NCBI GenBank assembly: GCA_009914755.4
Contig: CP086569.2
Coordinates: 16,448,001 to 16,512,000, forward strand
Reading direction: 5' to 3'
Source of the DNA: the human T2T-CHM13v2.0 reference genome, Homo sapiens
Length of the DNA: 64,000 nt
Each line of letters begins with the position of its first letter. Within the stretch, counting starts at the first letter, position 1. Under the pieces are notes generated by a model. The model was not told the DNA's origin. It made no database searches and saw nothing but the letters and a program-made list of their open reading frames with translations. Positions 15,164-30,420 of this stretch are shown here, in pieces. A program made the position numbers and the translations under genes.

Positions 15164-16315
15164 ATGATCTGGTTGTGGAACTAAATTAAATTCATGATGT
15201 ATCAATGGGTCACAGTCTACATGATTGACCATGTTCTTACCTGGTGTGCGAGCTTTACTGTGTTTGATAAACAGGAGCATAGCCATTCCAAGATGGAGCA
15301 ACACTCTGGGAAGAATGTCAGGCCAGTCTATTTAAGGCATAAAACAACAGTGTGCTGTTTGTCAAATTTGCTGGGAAAGCTGGACATCCTTATATTAGTC
15401 TTCATCTACCATGAATCTCTCAAAAGCATACAGAGTGGAGATTAATAAAATGTCCTTCATATAATGATGGTCAAAAATGACCCTGGGCTTCCAGGCTGAA
15501 TCACCTTGTATGACATGTATTTTGTGTGAAATTATTTAATCTGTTAGGTATGTGAATATTCATATGATTAAAAGGCATTTTAATGGCTTCCTTAGTATAT
15601 AATTTTGGGAGGGGACCAAAACAAATTTGATGATCATGAGGACATTGAAGCCTGACAAGCTAATATTTATTACCTCTAATTATTCGGGAGCTAAGATTTT
15701 CTTTTAGAACTAGAGATTTAAGATGTTCTAGCAACATCAAAGTTGGAGGGATGGTTATTGAATTACAACAAAAGAGTTTTTTCTTTAAAATAGGTGATTC
15801 TAGTGTAGATGGCTATTATCCACATTGGAGCACGCACTGCATGGTTAATATTAGTGAAAATGCTAGCATTTTGAACACTGTGATGCCATTCACAAACAGC
15901 TTCTTACGTACATTATCTGAAGATACAAAGATTTAAAGCACATTGTTACAATCATCCTTGGGTAGAGCTGTCTATCTGTGTTAGATTAGTTATCTAATTC
16001 TCTGAATATGATATCCAAGAGTCCTGAGAGAATGGCCTTGATATGCTACCAAAGACCTAATATTTGTGACACCACTATGTTCAGAAAACATTCCTTCAAT
16101 ATCTGAAGACACATTTATGTGTGTTATTTCATTATCAAGAATATCCTGAGCAATTTAGCCAGGTCTTACAACTTTTGTAAGAAATGGAGGTAGAGTTATT
16201 CAGCAGCTGAAAATGGAATGCCTGATTAAAGCAATGGTAGTATTAGTGGAATTTATTCAAACGCTTTTGAATTTAAGAATTTCCAGTTGCAACTGGTGCC
16301 TTGTTTAGATATTTT

Positions 16316-16320
<5 letters not shown>

Positions 16321-16363
<43 letters not shown>
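16321..16363. repeat. (AT)n microsatellite, about 21 units.
   Basis: atatatatatatatat... run. Confidence 0.95.
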
Positions 16364-16366
<3 letters not shown>

Positions 16367-18525
16367 TTATGTATTTGTACACAGCTTTTTCTCAGTTCAT
16401 CTGTCAAAGGTGGGAGGAAAATGATTTAAAATTCTTACTTCTAAAATTTACAGTCTTTCTCTATGCTGTGTTGCTGATATGATTTATACTCAGGGGTTTG
16501 CTCCTGAGATGCTGGCTTGTGATATTAGTGTATGAATGACAAGGGGGCATAAGGCAAAGATGCTTCATTGGTTTGTGATTCTTGAAAATGAGGTCCACAT
16601 AGTCAAACCCAGTTTGTGGCCTGGGATTCCATGCACATATTTTCAAGTTGAGGAGAGTGATGATTTAGAATATATAAACATGCACTCCACAATCTTTCAC
16701 CCTAATTGTCTCATTGAAGGATAATAAATTTATCCTTCTATTACTAGAGAGTTGGATAATTAGCTCACCATATGTTATATGCTGCATAGTCACACAGGAG
16801 ATGGGTCATCTTGCATACACTTTAACCAGAAATCCTTGTTATTCTTGCAGAGAGGAATGAACTATAAATTTCGTGAAGATACCCAATGCTCTGTATGTGC
16901 TCTGCAGATTCATCCCATTATGACAGTTTTGGGTTTTGCCATTCCTCTCTTCATTTCAATGCAAAACAGATACAACTTAGGTGCACAGCAGAAATGGTAA
17001 CACAGAATGGGACATGTTCAAGTATAATGTACACCATGAAGTGGTTGCCAATTATGTATCAGGTGCTGTGGATACACACATTGCTTTGTGTACCTTCCAT
17101 ACCCATTGCTTCCTTCATACCACATAACAACCTCATAAGGTCGGTAAATAGATGTCTCATCACGAAGAAACTTTCAGGCTGAAGTCCTTTGATTTCAGCC
17201 CCACAGGTAATAAAGAGTAGAGGCTGAATTTAAACAGAGTAAACTCAATCATCTGAATGTTGGAATGGTCCACAAACAGTTGGGGGATTCTCTTCTCCTC
17301 CATCCACTCTGGTGCGGTAGACTTACTGAGTGAGGATTAGCTGGAAGAAGATTAGGGCACTATATGGGTGTCTGAACACCTTTCTCTAGATAGAAGAGTC
17401 TAGGTCCAATGCTTAAGGAAGGAGAATGCATCTCTTTAATCCTCGTAGATAAGTTTCAATGTCAGTATTGTTGTCATTACCATGGTAATGGAGAAGTACC
17501 TGAATGTTCTGATAAGAAAATAAGGGGTACATGATGATGGGTGAAGTTAGCAATGAATAGGTTATGTTATCCAATTATGGGATTTATAGATTTATCTGAA
17601 ATTTGCCATAATTAAAGTTTCAATTAAAAACTAATAATCTGTAGTCACTCTCAATGTAGGCTAACTCTTGTTCTTTATCAATGATTTTTTTAGCAAAGGG
17701 TTTATGGGTACCAAATTGAAAATTTGAAAATGATGTAGAGTTCTGTTTTTAATCTCTGACTTCCTGCATAGTAACATCTCCTATTCTGACTATAATAAAC
17801 CCTGCTCCCTGACAACTCTCCACAGAAAAACAAAACAAAACAAAACACCATGACATCAGCATGATAGAAAGTATCAGTAACCAAGGAGTTGGGGGTTGGA
17901 GGGAAATAATCTTCATGAAAAGATTATACCCCTAGTGGAGAACTGTGGAAAGACTGTCTCCTCTACCATTTCCTATCATCTGTAGTTTAATGGTAAATAA
18001 ATACTCATTTCTATAAGCATTGCTTGTATAATCATAATCCCCTAAAATCTATGATAGATAGTAAATGTATTATTGGAAAATATATGACTTTTTGTCCTGG
18101 TCTATGTACTGCCATCACCATTTGGCAAGGTCACAATCCTGAAATGCATTTATCAGATACCTCCAGCCTATCCTCTCCCATTTCCAGCTGGACTCCAGTG
18201 TAAGTGGCTGTGATGAATAGCTGTGATTTGGCTAAAAGTGTCTTTTGAATAAAGTGATCTTTAGGAGATTTCATTACTTTAGATAAGAGTGTAAGCCAGA
18301 AAGGAATGGGGTGATATTGATTTTAATTCATGGTAAGAAAAGTAAATCAGATTAAACTTTAAGGGCAATACACGGGATACAAACAGATGCTCATTCAAAA
18401 ATGGAAAAGTTAAATAATTAAAGAGTTGTCATCAAGAGTCACATTATTATATAACTGTAGATGACGCATGATTTGTTTTTAACTTTTGTGGGCCTATGAG
18501 ATAATGTATTTGAAAATGAAGGTAA

Positions 18526-18966
18526 CAGGCACAATTACTCATGCCTGTAATCCTAGCATTTTGGGAGGCCTAGGTGGGAGGATAATTTGAGCCCAGGAGT
18601 TTAAGACCACCTTGGGTTATATAGCAAGACTCTGCGCCTACAAAAACTAAAGAGACATTAGCTGGGCATGGTGGTGTGTGCCTGTAGTCCCAACTACTCA
18701 GCCGGCTGAGGTGGGCTAAGGTGGGAAGATTGCTTGATTCCAGGAGTTTGAGACCAGCCTGGGCAATATAGTGAGACCTTGTCTCTAAAAAAATAAATCT
18801 TAACTCGACATGGTGATGCACATCTATAGTCTTAGCTACTCAAGAAGCAAAGGTGGGAGACTCTCTTGAGCCTCAGAGTTGGAGGCTGCAGTGAGCTAAG
18901 ACTGCAGAACTACACTCCAGCCTGCCCAACAGAGCGAGACCCTGTCTCTGAAAAAAAAAAAAAAAA
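18526..18966 (+). mobile_element. Alu with an internal duplication of about 130 bp (1.5 units), or two fused Alu copies, with A-tail.
   Basis: caggcacaattactcatgcctgtaatcctagc...; then a second gctgggcatggtggtgtgtgcctgtagtccc...; then the right arm ...ctgcagtgagctaagactgcagaactacactccagcctgcccaacagagcgagacc, then (A)n. Confidence 0.8.
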
Positions 18967-21880
18967 GCTGGGTGAGGTGCTTCTTTTTTTTGTTTGTTTG
19001 AACCCCTGGTTTCTGCCTGAGCATATCATAACAATATAGGTTCTGAGGGATATTTATCTTTTGCCATACTAGATCCAGTGGGTCCATGCCATTCCCAACT
19101 CACTGGGGCATAAGGAATACTTAAACCTGACCCTGGAAATGCCCCTCCAACCATAAATTTCTGTATCTCTGAATATCATACCTGTGAATAGCTCGAAAAC
19201 CTGCATGTTTATGGAAAACATTCACAAATGCTGTCATGCTATGTGAACCTTTGGAAGCTACCTCTTTCTAGGAGCAAATTCTGACCCCTGCCAGGTTGAG
19301 ATAAGTTCTCCTTCTCTGAATTCATTCTCTGCAGTGCTGAGTAGGGGCACTTAAGACAGCTTAGATTAGCTGTCAATGCTCTTGTCTGAACTGTGGATTG
19401 CTGATGGCAGGGTCCGATCCAGCCTCCTTTTGTATTTCTAGTGCCTGGTATCATGTGTCAGCAGAACATTTGCTTAGTAACTGCAAAACTCAGATGGAAG
19501 ACATGAACAGCTGGATGTATAAATCCACCTGCTGCACATAGAGGTGGTCACATGAACTTCAGGGAGGGTGGGGAGGCAGCGACTGTTGATACCGCTATCT
19601 GATTTATGCCATACTCTAATTACCAGCAGCAAAAGGTAACCAGAAGGAATTCACAGACATCCCTACTTGCATTCCCATTATTCCCTATGTCCACTGCAGT
19701 TGGAACAATACTACAATAATAAAGGTCAGACACTCAGATGAAGATTATTATTCTGAATATCTTCAGAATTATATTTAATGGCAGACAGAAAAAAATGCCT
19801 TAGGCATCTTCTTGCCTGCATTTTTATTCGTGCCTCTATAGGACATAAATCTTTTTTGTTCTGAGATTGGAATGATTACATGTTCCTGGAAAGGCTCAGG
19901 GCTGCCTTCAGTGTTTTTAACAAACGGAGCACAGGCATGTAGCAGCTGAAAGTTCTATCTTTTTGCACAGTGTGAAAAACAGTGGCAATAAATTTTCAAA
20001 ACAGTTCTTTACTGAAGTACTCCAGCTAATAAAAAAGGAGTTAAGCTGTTATTGAGAAATCTTTCTCCTACCAACTTGCTGATATGTCATTCAGTTTTCT
20101 AGGTCATAGAGAAGAGAGCCCAGATCTCCTCCCTGAGCCTGGGTGTGAAGCAAATGACCTTTCCTGATCTCTCAAAGGATACTACAAAGCAAGAATTCCT
20201 TCACCCGGGCACAGGCTGTCAATTACACCCTAGGTGTGTGTGGGAAATCTGGTGATTTATGTCTGTCTAGCCAACATTCCCATGCACCATTGATTTCATT
20301 TCTGTTTCCAGATGGTAAATCTTGGAACAGTATTTTTGCAAGCCAAGTATGCTTTTCTGTGTTTTCTGGGTTTGTTTTTGTATCGTCAAACCTAATCAAC
20401 TCTACTCGATGCACAGAGTATACACAAAGATGCTCGTATCTCTGATGTCACCTATAGGATGAAAAACCACTGCTTTATAGAGAGATGTTAGAAAATGAGT
20501 TATATAAATATGTGAATTGTGAGAACAAACACATTAATTTCCTTCTCCCTTTCTAAGGGGGATTCCCCTGCATTCCAAGACAAAGATCATGTTCATAGCC
20601 TTGATTGAACCCGGAGTTAGATCTCTGACTCATCTGCTATTGAAGTCCTCATGAACTGGCTTGTATTTCATGCTCTCTTATTTATTGGTTGTACCATCTT
20701 TATCATTTATTTCTTTATTTCCACCTCACATTTTAATATGCTTCAATTTTACAATCCTGTCAATCATGTTGGCTGGTGTCTGTTTCTTGTTTATCATTCT
20801 TTGTTGTTGTTTTTTTTTTTTTGAACTTTTGAACAAGAGGACAACCATCCAAAATTGGAGAATCCAAGTTGAAACATGCAGTAGCTCTTCCTGCTCAGCA
20901 AATTCTGCCAGTCACATGCTATATGACCATGCTTGGGAGATTGAAATTTTAAGCTTTCTCATCTATTTTCTTTAACTTTAAATCTAAAAATAAATGGGAG
21001 AGCAGATGAGAGAGAAATTGCAGTGAGACTATTCTCATACATAATGTAACTATCTAATTAGGAACACAAAGATTGTAATTTCATATTTGTTTTGAGGAAT
21101 CTAAGCGAGTTTAGGAGAACACAATCTGCTTCTGGGGAAGGAGGTGCAATTTGCCCAGGTGTGAATAAACTTTCCCCATAATAAGTAGGATGGAGGCCTC
21201 ACAGTCTGCCCTGGGTGGCCAAATTCTCTAACATACTGTGGCTCCATTTCAGCTCCTCCAGGTTCCTCAAGGGCATCTTCTCTTAGAAGGAGCCAAACAC
21301 ATGGCTCAGTAGAGAGGCTCATATGTAAGTCATCAGCTAGGATGACAATTACAGTGCTTCCATCTAAGCAGTAGTATGTCCTCTTTTCTTTCTGAGACAT
21401 AATGGTGAATGTTACAGACCAGGTCCAGTGGGCTCTCATTGCATGCCTTCTTATTCCAGTTACTGTGAGAGGAGAGACAAACCCCTGAGGAATTTGTTCT
21501 TTTTTTTACTTTCTGGGCTGTGAGATATTAATTTCCTTGCTTTATATTCTTGTAAAAGATGGGGAGTGGGACATAAATTGCCACAATGTACTGGAATAAT
21601 AAAACATGGTACTAGTTATTACCAACAACTTGTTAGATTTAATCTGCCTATTTTCAGAGAACTGGAGATACCTGGCTTAGCTCTCACCCAAAGTGTGCTG
21701 TTCTGTGTTAATTTTCTGTTTAACAGGAGTAGGGGTTAATAAATATAAGGATTGACCTTAAATGGGAAGTGTTACAGCCATAGGTGTGAGCAGTTCACCT
21801 AGAAGGAAACACATGGTCTGGAGGATCCCAAGGTATATTGACATTAGCAAAATACAAATGCATTTAGAAAAGCATACATC

Positions 21881-22333
<453 letters not shown>

Positions 22334-22660
22334 TCAGTCTCATCCTCTCCTGAGGCTAGCCGTACAAACTAGAATCCCTTTTCCCCAAGGCAGGTTATAG
22401 AGACCAGAACACCTTCTCCCCAAAGCTAGTCATAAGACTGAAAAATAGGACAAATTTTTCCTCATCATTTCTATGTAAAAACCGGCCATAAAGAAATCCC
22501 CCATCCTACCTTGTTTGACTGTGGGTCTTAGTAGTACCATTCCAGAGAAGGTCTTACACCACACCTAGGAGGAAGGCTCAGAGAGGCCAAGAAGAAACTA
22601 GATAGAAAGGCCTTGTCGGCTTTCCCCATTCAGTCCATTACCTTTTGCCCAATCCCATTT

Positions 22661-22961
<301 letters not shown>

Positions 22962-24254
22962 TGTCCAATCCTATTTGCACATGCTTTGTTGAACCTAAGC
23001 AGAAAAATAGACAATTTACCCTTTATCTTTGGATCTTCAATCTGAAGGCTCCTGTGTGTACACATTAAATGAATTTGTATGCCCTTTCTCCTATTAAAAA
23101 AAAAAAGAAATCAAATTCCTGCCCTCATCCATTCATTGATTCTCTCATTTGTTTGGCAATATTATTAAGCATCATCTACAGGCCATGCATGGTGCTAGGG
23201 CTTGGAGATTCAGTGGAAGGCAAATGCCCCATGGTGCTTTGCTCTGATGGGACTGCCTGGAAAAGGGGAACAGGCTCTCAGAGAATGTGGCATTGGAGAT
23301 GGCTTCTGAGTAATGACTGCTTACCAGGGAGAGGAGGAAGTAAGTTTTAGGTTGAGAGATGATGATGTGCAGAGTATTGAGCTGTGAATATGCAAGCTGT
23401 GTTTGGGACTGGTTATCACATTGGGGTAGAAGCTGGGCTGTGTGAGAGTGTTGGCATCAACATAAGGCTTCATCAGGACTCTTCATGTTTTGTTAATAAA
23501 TCTGAAGTGTAGTTATTTAAGGAACCCACCCAAGTTCACAGAAATAGTTAAAGCTTGAATCAGGGTAAGAAGAAGACATTGGGTAGTGGGCAGTGAGGCA
23601 GGGGCTGTCATTAAGGTGTTTCCCCTCTAAGCATTGCAGCTTCTTGCATGAATCTCTTAGAGCTTCCTCCACCCCTAGGGAAGTGGACACTTGTCCTGTG
23701 CCCTGATAGCCTTCAAAAAGGCCTCTCACCCAGTATTGTCTTTTAGCAGAAAGAAATTGCTAATTATTTCCCAGATGAGGGGTAAAGATTGAGCCTACAA
23801 TGTGAAACTGAGACACAGCACTAAATGCATCTCTCAGAGGGCAACCTGAGGTGATGAAGCAGCCTTGGGACTTACTGATCTCTATCAGCAGACTCAGTTG
23901 TGAAAACTCAGACCTCCCTATAGCAACATTGCTCACAGCCCATTGTAGCAAGGGCCATGCATTGACAGTGACTTATAACTCTTGAACATCTGTGCATTGT
24001 AATCAATTCAAATGAAGGAGGTTTAGGTGCCCTCTGAATTTAGGAATACATTGGCAGTATCATTCCTCTCTCGATAGGTTTGGGCCAATTGAATGAGTGT
24101 TCTATTAAAATTTTGAATACTCTATTCAAAATTTCAGTATTGACCATTGAGTGTTCACTTTATACTTGTTGTATTATAGAAGCAGGTAGAACACAAAGTT
24201 GAGTTGGACTTAAAATGGCATTGATGAAAGTAGTTGACAAATGAAGGTACACAA

Positions 24255-24650
24255 TGGAATACGATTTACCTTTAAAAAGAAGGTAATGCTGTCATTTGTG
24301 ACAACATGGATGAACCTGGAGGACATTCTGCTAAGGGAAATAAGCCAAACACAGAAAGACAAATACTACAATATCTCACTGCTTTTTGGAATCTAAGAAG
24401 AAAGTTGAACTCCTAGAAGCAGACAGTAGAATGGCAGTTACCAGGGAATCGGGCTAAGAGAGTGGATGAGGAATGGGGAGATGTTGGTCAAAGGATAAAA
24501 AGTTATAGTTAGACAGGAGGAATAGTTAGGGTATGTATTGCCTTGCCTGGTGAGTATAGTGAATTACAATGTATTATATGTTTGAAAATTGTGGTGAGAG
24601 TAGATTTTAAATATTTTCACCTCAAAGAAATGACAACTATACAATAAATG
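24255..24650 (+). mobile_element. Old L1 (L1M/L1PB-type) 3'-end fragment.
   Basis: ggaatacgatttacc...gtcatttgtgacaacatggatgaacctggaggacattctgctaagggaaataagccaaacacagaaagacaaatactaca... matches the L1 3' UTR region. Confidence 0.6.
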
Positions 24651-25253
24651 AATATTTTAATTACCTTTATTTAATCATCCCACAAGTGGACATATATTAC
24701 TGCATTGTCCACAACAAGTATATATGAGAACTATTGTGTATATCAATTTATTTATTTCAAATTGGTATTTGAATTTTTGTATATATATATTTCATATATA
24801 TATGTATAATTATTTGCATATATCAATCACAATTTTTAAAAGATGGTATTTTTTAATAATGTGCATATATTTGTGTATAATTTTTTTCCGAAAGAAAATA
24901 CTATTTTCAGGGTGCTTGAATTCATTTTAATCACCGCATACAGAAGGAAAAAGAGAATTTAAAACAAAACAAAAAAACAAATACAGACAATTTTCTATTA
25001 AATCTCTTTCTGAGTTGGGTCTTTGGGAGATGTGTCAGTAACATAATTCTTCACTTACTGATCCATAGAAGGTAACAATAAGTCACTTCATAGAGACAAA
25101 ATAGAGACTTACCTTTCTCTGACAGAAGATACCATCAGGAAATTAACTTGTAGTATTTTGTGAATTTTCAAATAGCCTGCTATGATAATAGGTGGATCCT
25201 AATCAGAAGGGTGGCAGACATACTCACATTGTCTGTGGTCTTTTTTTCCTCCC

Positions 25254-25278
25254 TTTTTTTTTTTTTTTTTTTTTTTTT
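25254..25278 (+). repeat. Poly(T)25, forming the polypyrimidine tract immediately 5' of the pseudo-exon acceptor at 25283.
   Basis: ccctttttttttttttttttttttttttgcag|gaacactgag. Confidence 0.9.
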
Positions 25279-25282
25279 GCAG

Positions 25283-25419
25283 GAACACTGAGACTCCTTT
25301 CCTGCTTGTCTTGTCCTACCTCCACGTGCACATGGCCTTGTTCTCCAGCAAGGACTTTGCCGGCAAAAGTAAACACGGAGTCTGTGGGGATGCTGTTGAG
25401 GAAATGGACTGTAGTGTGG
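25283..25419 (+). pseudogene. Pseudo-exon ([50 protein letters not shown] homologue). The ORF is intact within this exon.
   Basis: It is preceded by a 25-nt poly-T and the acceptor ttgcag|G, with donor GTGG|gtatgt. It translates [46 protein letters not shown] with no stop or frameshift. Confidence 0.85.
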
Positions 25420-25602
25420 GTATGTCTCTCCTCGGTGAATACTTAGAAAGCTGCTAAGTCTTTGCTTCCTTGTGTTTTCTTTCTTGTCTATTTCCACCTA
25501 TGTTTCTGATGCCTTTAGAGACAGCAAGTGTATGGTGTTTTTTGAAGGTAACCAAAAATGCATTGATCCTGAAAGGTAAAGAGAATACAAAAAGCACCTT
25601 CA

Positions 25603-25809
25603 CCAGCCAGGGCAACATAGGGAGACCCCATCTCAACAAAAAATAAAAAAAATTACCCAGGTGTGGTTGTGCATGCTTGTGGTTCCAGCTACTTGGGAGG
25701 CTGAGGTGGGAAGATGGCTTGAGCCAAGGAGGTTGAGGTTGAGCTATGATTCTACCACTGCACTCCAGTCTAGGTGTCAGAGTGAGACCTGTCTCTTTAA
25801 AAAAAAAAA
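25603..25809 (+). mobile_element. Alu, 5'-truncated.
   Basis: ccagccagggcaacatagggagaccc...gtggttgtgcatgcttgtggttccagctacttgggaggctgaggtgggaag..., then (A)n. Confidence 0.85.
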
Positions 25810-28800
25810 TCTTTGCCCCCATGTGCATGTCTGCAGTTGCCAGTGGATACATTGCAGGGGAAGTCTAGTCTGTGGTCTGAAGATGGAAGAGATTCATGAA
25901 GGAGAGAAGACAAAACATTAGTCCTTATTATCCCTTATTCTATCAGCAATGAAATATGAACAATGTCTTGTCATTATCAGTTAGATGTCTGGATCTTAGG
26001 CAGATAAAAGATGAAGGGGGTGAAGGGGAGGTTAGAGACTTGAGGCTTCTTCAGTTTAGCATGTCAAAATGCCATCTTTGGGGATATCAGTTGCTGAGTC
26101 CCAGCATGTAACCTCATTTTGTGCTGCCAGTGGTCTTTGTGCAGCAGGTGATGTTCTCATCATTCCCATTCCACAGGAAAAAGGCAAGCGAGGCTTGCAA
26201 GTTAAGTACACCCACCTCAGGTTACAGAATTCATAATGGATGAGCATGTGTTCAAATGCAGGTGTCCCACCTAGAACCTGAAATCTACATGACTTTATTC
26301 TTTTTCTTCCCATATAACAAGAAAGTGTGTATTATGTCAGTGCAGTCAACAACGTATCTCCAGGAAAGAGCCAGTTCATTTATTAGTCATGTTGACTGGA
26401 TGTCTTCACACCTCCCTGTCTGTCTCTGATCTTTGCTTCCATAATCTTGTCTCCTTCACTTACTCTGACACACCCGCCTCCCTCTTATAAGGACACTTGG
26501 GATTATGTTCGGCCTGACTGGATAATCCCACATCATCTTCTCATCTCAAGATCATGAACTTAATCTGCAAATTCTTTTGCCCTGGGGTGTAACATGTTTG
26601 CCATGGGGTGTAACATCCCAGGGATTAGGATGAGGGTATTTTAGGGAGGTCATTATTCAGCCTACATGAACCCACAATACACTATTTCAAGCTGATGCTT
26701 CTTTTAACTTTTTTTTTTTTTTTTTCAGCATTAGCTGAGCCACTTTCATGGTGGATCAGGCATCATGCTAGTTATTGGAGATATTCAATAAGATCCAGAC
26801 TCTGGCTTGTACAGCGTATGCTTTGGTACATAAAACACACATATCTAACATCTAATATTTATACTTAGACATATCTAAATGTATGTAGACACACCTATCC
26901 TTTAATCTCTATATACATTAGGCCTAACTAAAGTCTAATATATACATACCTAATGTCTATGTTATGTGACAGACATTACATGACACACAGTATTGCTGAT
27001 TTCACAAAGTGATATGATACCCAAAATGATGTATTAGTTCTAAGGGTTGGAACTCTGCAGCCAAACCTGCAGTGGATGTGGGTTGAAGGTACAAGAAGAG
27101 ATGATGCCTTAGCCAAGAAGGTAGGGTGTATCAGAGCTTACATGCAAAGATATGAAAGAATAATATAGGGAATGCTTTTATCTAACAATTTGTTTAGAAA
27201 TGTTGATTATCTTCTGTGTTTCCGGCATTGGGCCAGACACAACACTAAACATCAAACATGGTGTCTGCCTTGAAGGAAGTCATGTTGCAGTAGGTGGGTG
27301 GGTAGGTGATGGCGTGAAGCCTAGAAGACTGGTGAAATTTGATAAAGGTGCTGACACTTGTATGCACAAGATACTAATGACACAAAGGGAAAGAGAGCCT
27401 CACTTGGCGGTGGTTCCCAGGAATGTTTGCAAAGGAGATGTGGCTAGAAATGAGGTCACCAGTGGGTCTGTGCATCTGCTCTTATTCTCCTTCTATCTGT
27501 TTCTGCCTTTCCAACCCCTTGCTCTCTTTCAACATGCTGGAAGTGAGAAGAAGCAAATAGCTTGTCATGCAAACTGCAATTTGCTCAGGAAGGCCAGACT
27601 ACACGACGCCTGAAGCAAAGAGAAAGAGTGCTCTGTAGCATATCCTTTGGGCCGCAGGTACCTTATGAAACGATATACTTCTATTTACATATGCATGTGC
27701 ACATCTGGAGTCCTGTGACAGGCTGAACAAATGGGGGAAGGAACTAACTCCTACATCTTTTTTGACCTGGCACCTAGCACAAAAAGATGCCTGTTGCATC
27801 TGGATGACCTTTATAGGCTTCTCAGACATCCTCCCAGCCTCTTCCTTTAGGTCTCATTGTTACATTGCTCAATGCATTATGCATTATCAATATGTAATGT
27901 GGGTTCTATTAATGAACAAATGTGTTTAATCTGAACAGGAATAACCCCAGTAAGCTATCACTCTTTCAGCCCTTCTCTGTGTACTACGTTATTTTAGAGT
28001 AACAAAAAGTGGAAACATGTACTTCTCATATATGAAGACTTGGTGTCACTGGGCTGAACTAGGATCCACTCAGCCAGTACAGTAGGGCCAAACATCCACA
28101 CCAAACTTTTGCAGTGGGGGAAAGGAAGGTATCTATTTGCAGAGTTGCAATCAAGTAGAATGAGGCAGCTCTCACTTAAGATTCTACTTCCCTGATGGTT
28201 TGCAAACAAAGGCTTTTAAAGGCTAGGAGGCAGAGGCTACAGGCAGTCATAAGTCAGTACATGGAGGTTATATGTTCGTTTGACCTCAAAAGGCAGGACA
28301 TCCCAAAGAAGGGCACCTGCAGGTCACAGGTGGCTTCAAAGCTTCCCTGATTTGCAGTTGGTTGAGGAAGTGAAGCTTTGTCTGAACGATTGCTTTGGTC
28401 AGCAAAAAACAAACAGGATATCTGGCCTGTGGTCATGGCTTCTTCCAGGACCCTTGAGAAGAAATTTGGAACAAAGAATGTCAATGAGAGTTCAGTCCTC
28501 AGTTCCTCCTCACCTCTGGTTTAAGTCCAAGCAGACTGCATTTTCCATTTGGTAGCATTCCAGGTTTCTGAAAAACAACCCCTGGACATATGTTAACATG
28601 TTATCTTTAATTATTATAGGGAGCCAAACATTCTGTGGCTCTAACTTCCTTGTCTGTGGCTTTACACTACCATTACCTTCTTGCTCATTTATCTTTTAAA
28701 GATAGCTAGGTGCCTGGAATTTTTCTTGAAGGAACTCAAGATTTTTCTCTACTTCCATTCTGGGGGGAGCCCAGAAGACCCCTAAGAGGGGTCCTTGCTC

Positions 28801-29068
28801 CATCTCATCATTGTTTCAGTGTTATTTCCATGAGGCTATGGCCTATGAGGAGAGAGTTGTTTTTATTTCATGTTGTGGATGCCAGTGTCTCTAAAGACTG
28901 GAGTTCCAGGCTGCATTCCACACTCTCATTCATCTATTTATTCATTCTCTCTCTTACTGTCTGTTCAGTTCCAAAACAGCTTAGCAGCTGCCAAGGAGGA
29001 GATGTGTATATAAATCACAATGCTAGAAGTGGTTAGAGAGTAATAGTTTCTTAAGAAGGGTACATATA

Positions 29069-30405
29069 TTGCAAAAAATTTCTCCCATTCTGTAGGTTGC
29101 CCATTAACTCTGATGGTAGTTTCTTTTGCTATGCAGAAGCTGTTTAGTTAAATTGGATGCCATTTGTCAATCTTGGCTTTTGTTGCTATTGCTTTTGGTG
29201 TTTTAACATGAAGTCCTTGCCCATGCCTATGTCCTGAATGGTATTGCCTAGGCTTTCTTCTAGGGTTTTTATGGTTTTAGGTCTAACATTTAAGTCTTTA
29301 ATCCATCTTGAATTAATTTTTGTATAAGGTGTAAGGAAGAGATCCAGTTTCAGCTTTCTACATATGGCTAGCCAGTTTTCCCAGCACCTTTTATTAAATA
29401 GGGAATCCTTTTCCCATTGCTTGTTTTTCTCAGGTTTGTCAAAGATCAGATAGTTGCAGATATGCGGCATTGTTTCTGAGGGCTCTGTTCTGTTCCATTG
29501 ATCTATATCTCTGTTTTGGTATCAGTGCCATGCTGTTTTGGTTACTGTAGCCTTGTAGTACAGTTTGAAGTCAGGTAGCATGATGCCTCCAGCTTTGTTA
29601 TTTTGGCTTAGGATTGACTTGGCAATGCAGGCTCTTTTTTGGTTCCATATGAACTTTAAAGTAGTGTTTTTCCAATTTTATGAAGTTTTGTGAAGAAAGT
29701 CATTGGTAGCTTGATGGGGATGGAATTGAATCTATAAATTACCTTGGGCAGCCTGACCATTTTCATGATATTGATTCTTCCTACTCATGAGCATGGAATG
29801 TTCTTCCATTTGTTCATATCCTCTGTTATTTCGTTGAGCAGTGGTTTGTAGTTCTCCTTGAAGAGGTCCTTCCCATCCCTTGTAAGTTGGATTCCTAGGT
29901 ATTTTATTATCTTTGAAGCAATTGTGAATGGGAATTCACTTATGATTTTTCTCTCTGTTTGTCTGTTATTGGTGTATGAGAATGCTTGTGATTGTTGCAC
30001 ATTGATTTTGTATCCTGAGACTTTGCTGAAGTTGCCTATCAGCTTAAGGAGATTTTGCGCTGAGATGATGAGGTTTTCTAGATATACAATCATGTCATCT
30101 GCAAACAGGGACAATTTGAATTCCTCTTTTCCTAATTGAATACCTTTTATTTTCTTCTCCTGCCTGATTGCCCTGGCCAGAACTTCCAACACTATGTTGA
30201 ATATGAGTGGTGAGAGACGGCATCCCTCTCTTGTGCCAGTTTTCAAAGGGAATGCTTCCAGTTTTTGTCCATTCACTATGATACTGGCTGTGGGTTTATC
30301 ATATATAGCTCCTATTATTTTGAGATACTTCCCATCAATACCTAATTTACTGAGAGTTTTTTGCATGAAGAGTTTTTGAATTTTGTCAAAGGCCTTTTCT
30401 GCATT
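29069..30405 (-). mobile_element. L1 (L1PA-type) ORF2 segment. It is the inverted 5' part of a twin-primed L1 insertion.
   Basis: Minus-strand ORFs 29785-30420 (211 aa, reverse-transcriptase motifs ...[11 protein letters not shown]...) and 29186-29470 (...[15 protein letters not shown]...). The left end at about 29069 corresponds to L1 ORF2 ...WEKIFAIY. Confidence 0.9.
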
Positions 30406-30420
30406 TTGCAATCCACTCAT

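Noticed and set aside
27200-27613. A 137-aa + strand ORF.
   Set aside because: I recognise no homology, it has no splice-site context, and it lies within a pseudo-intron. It is treated as chance.
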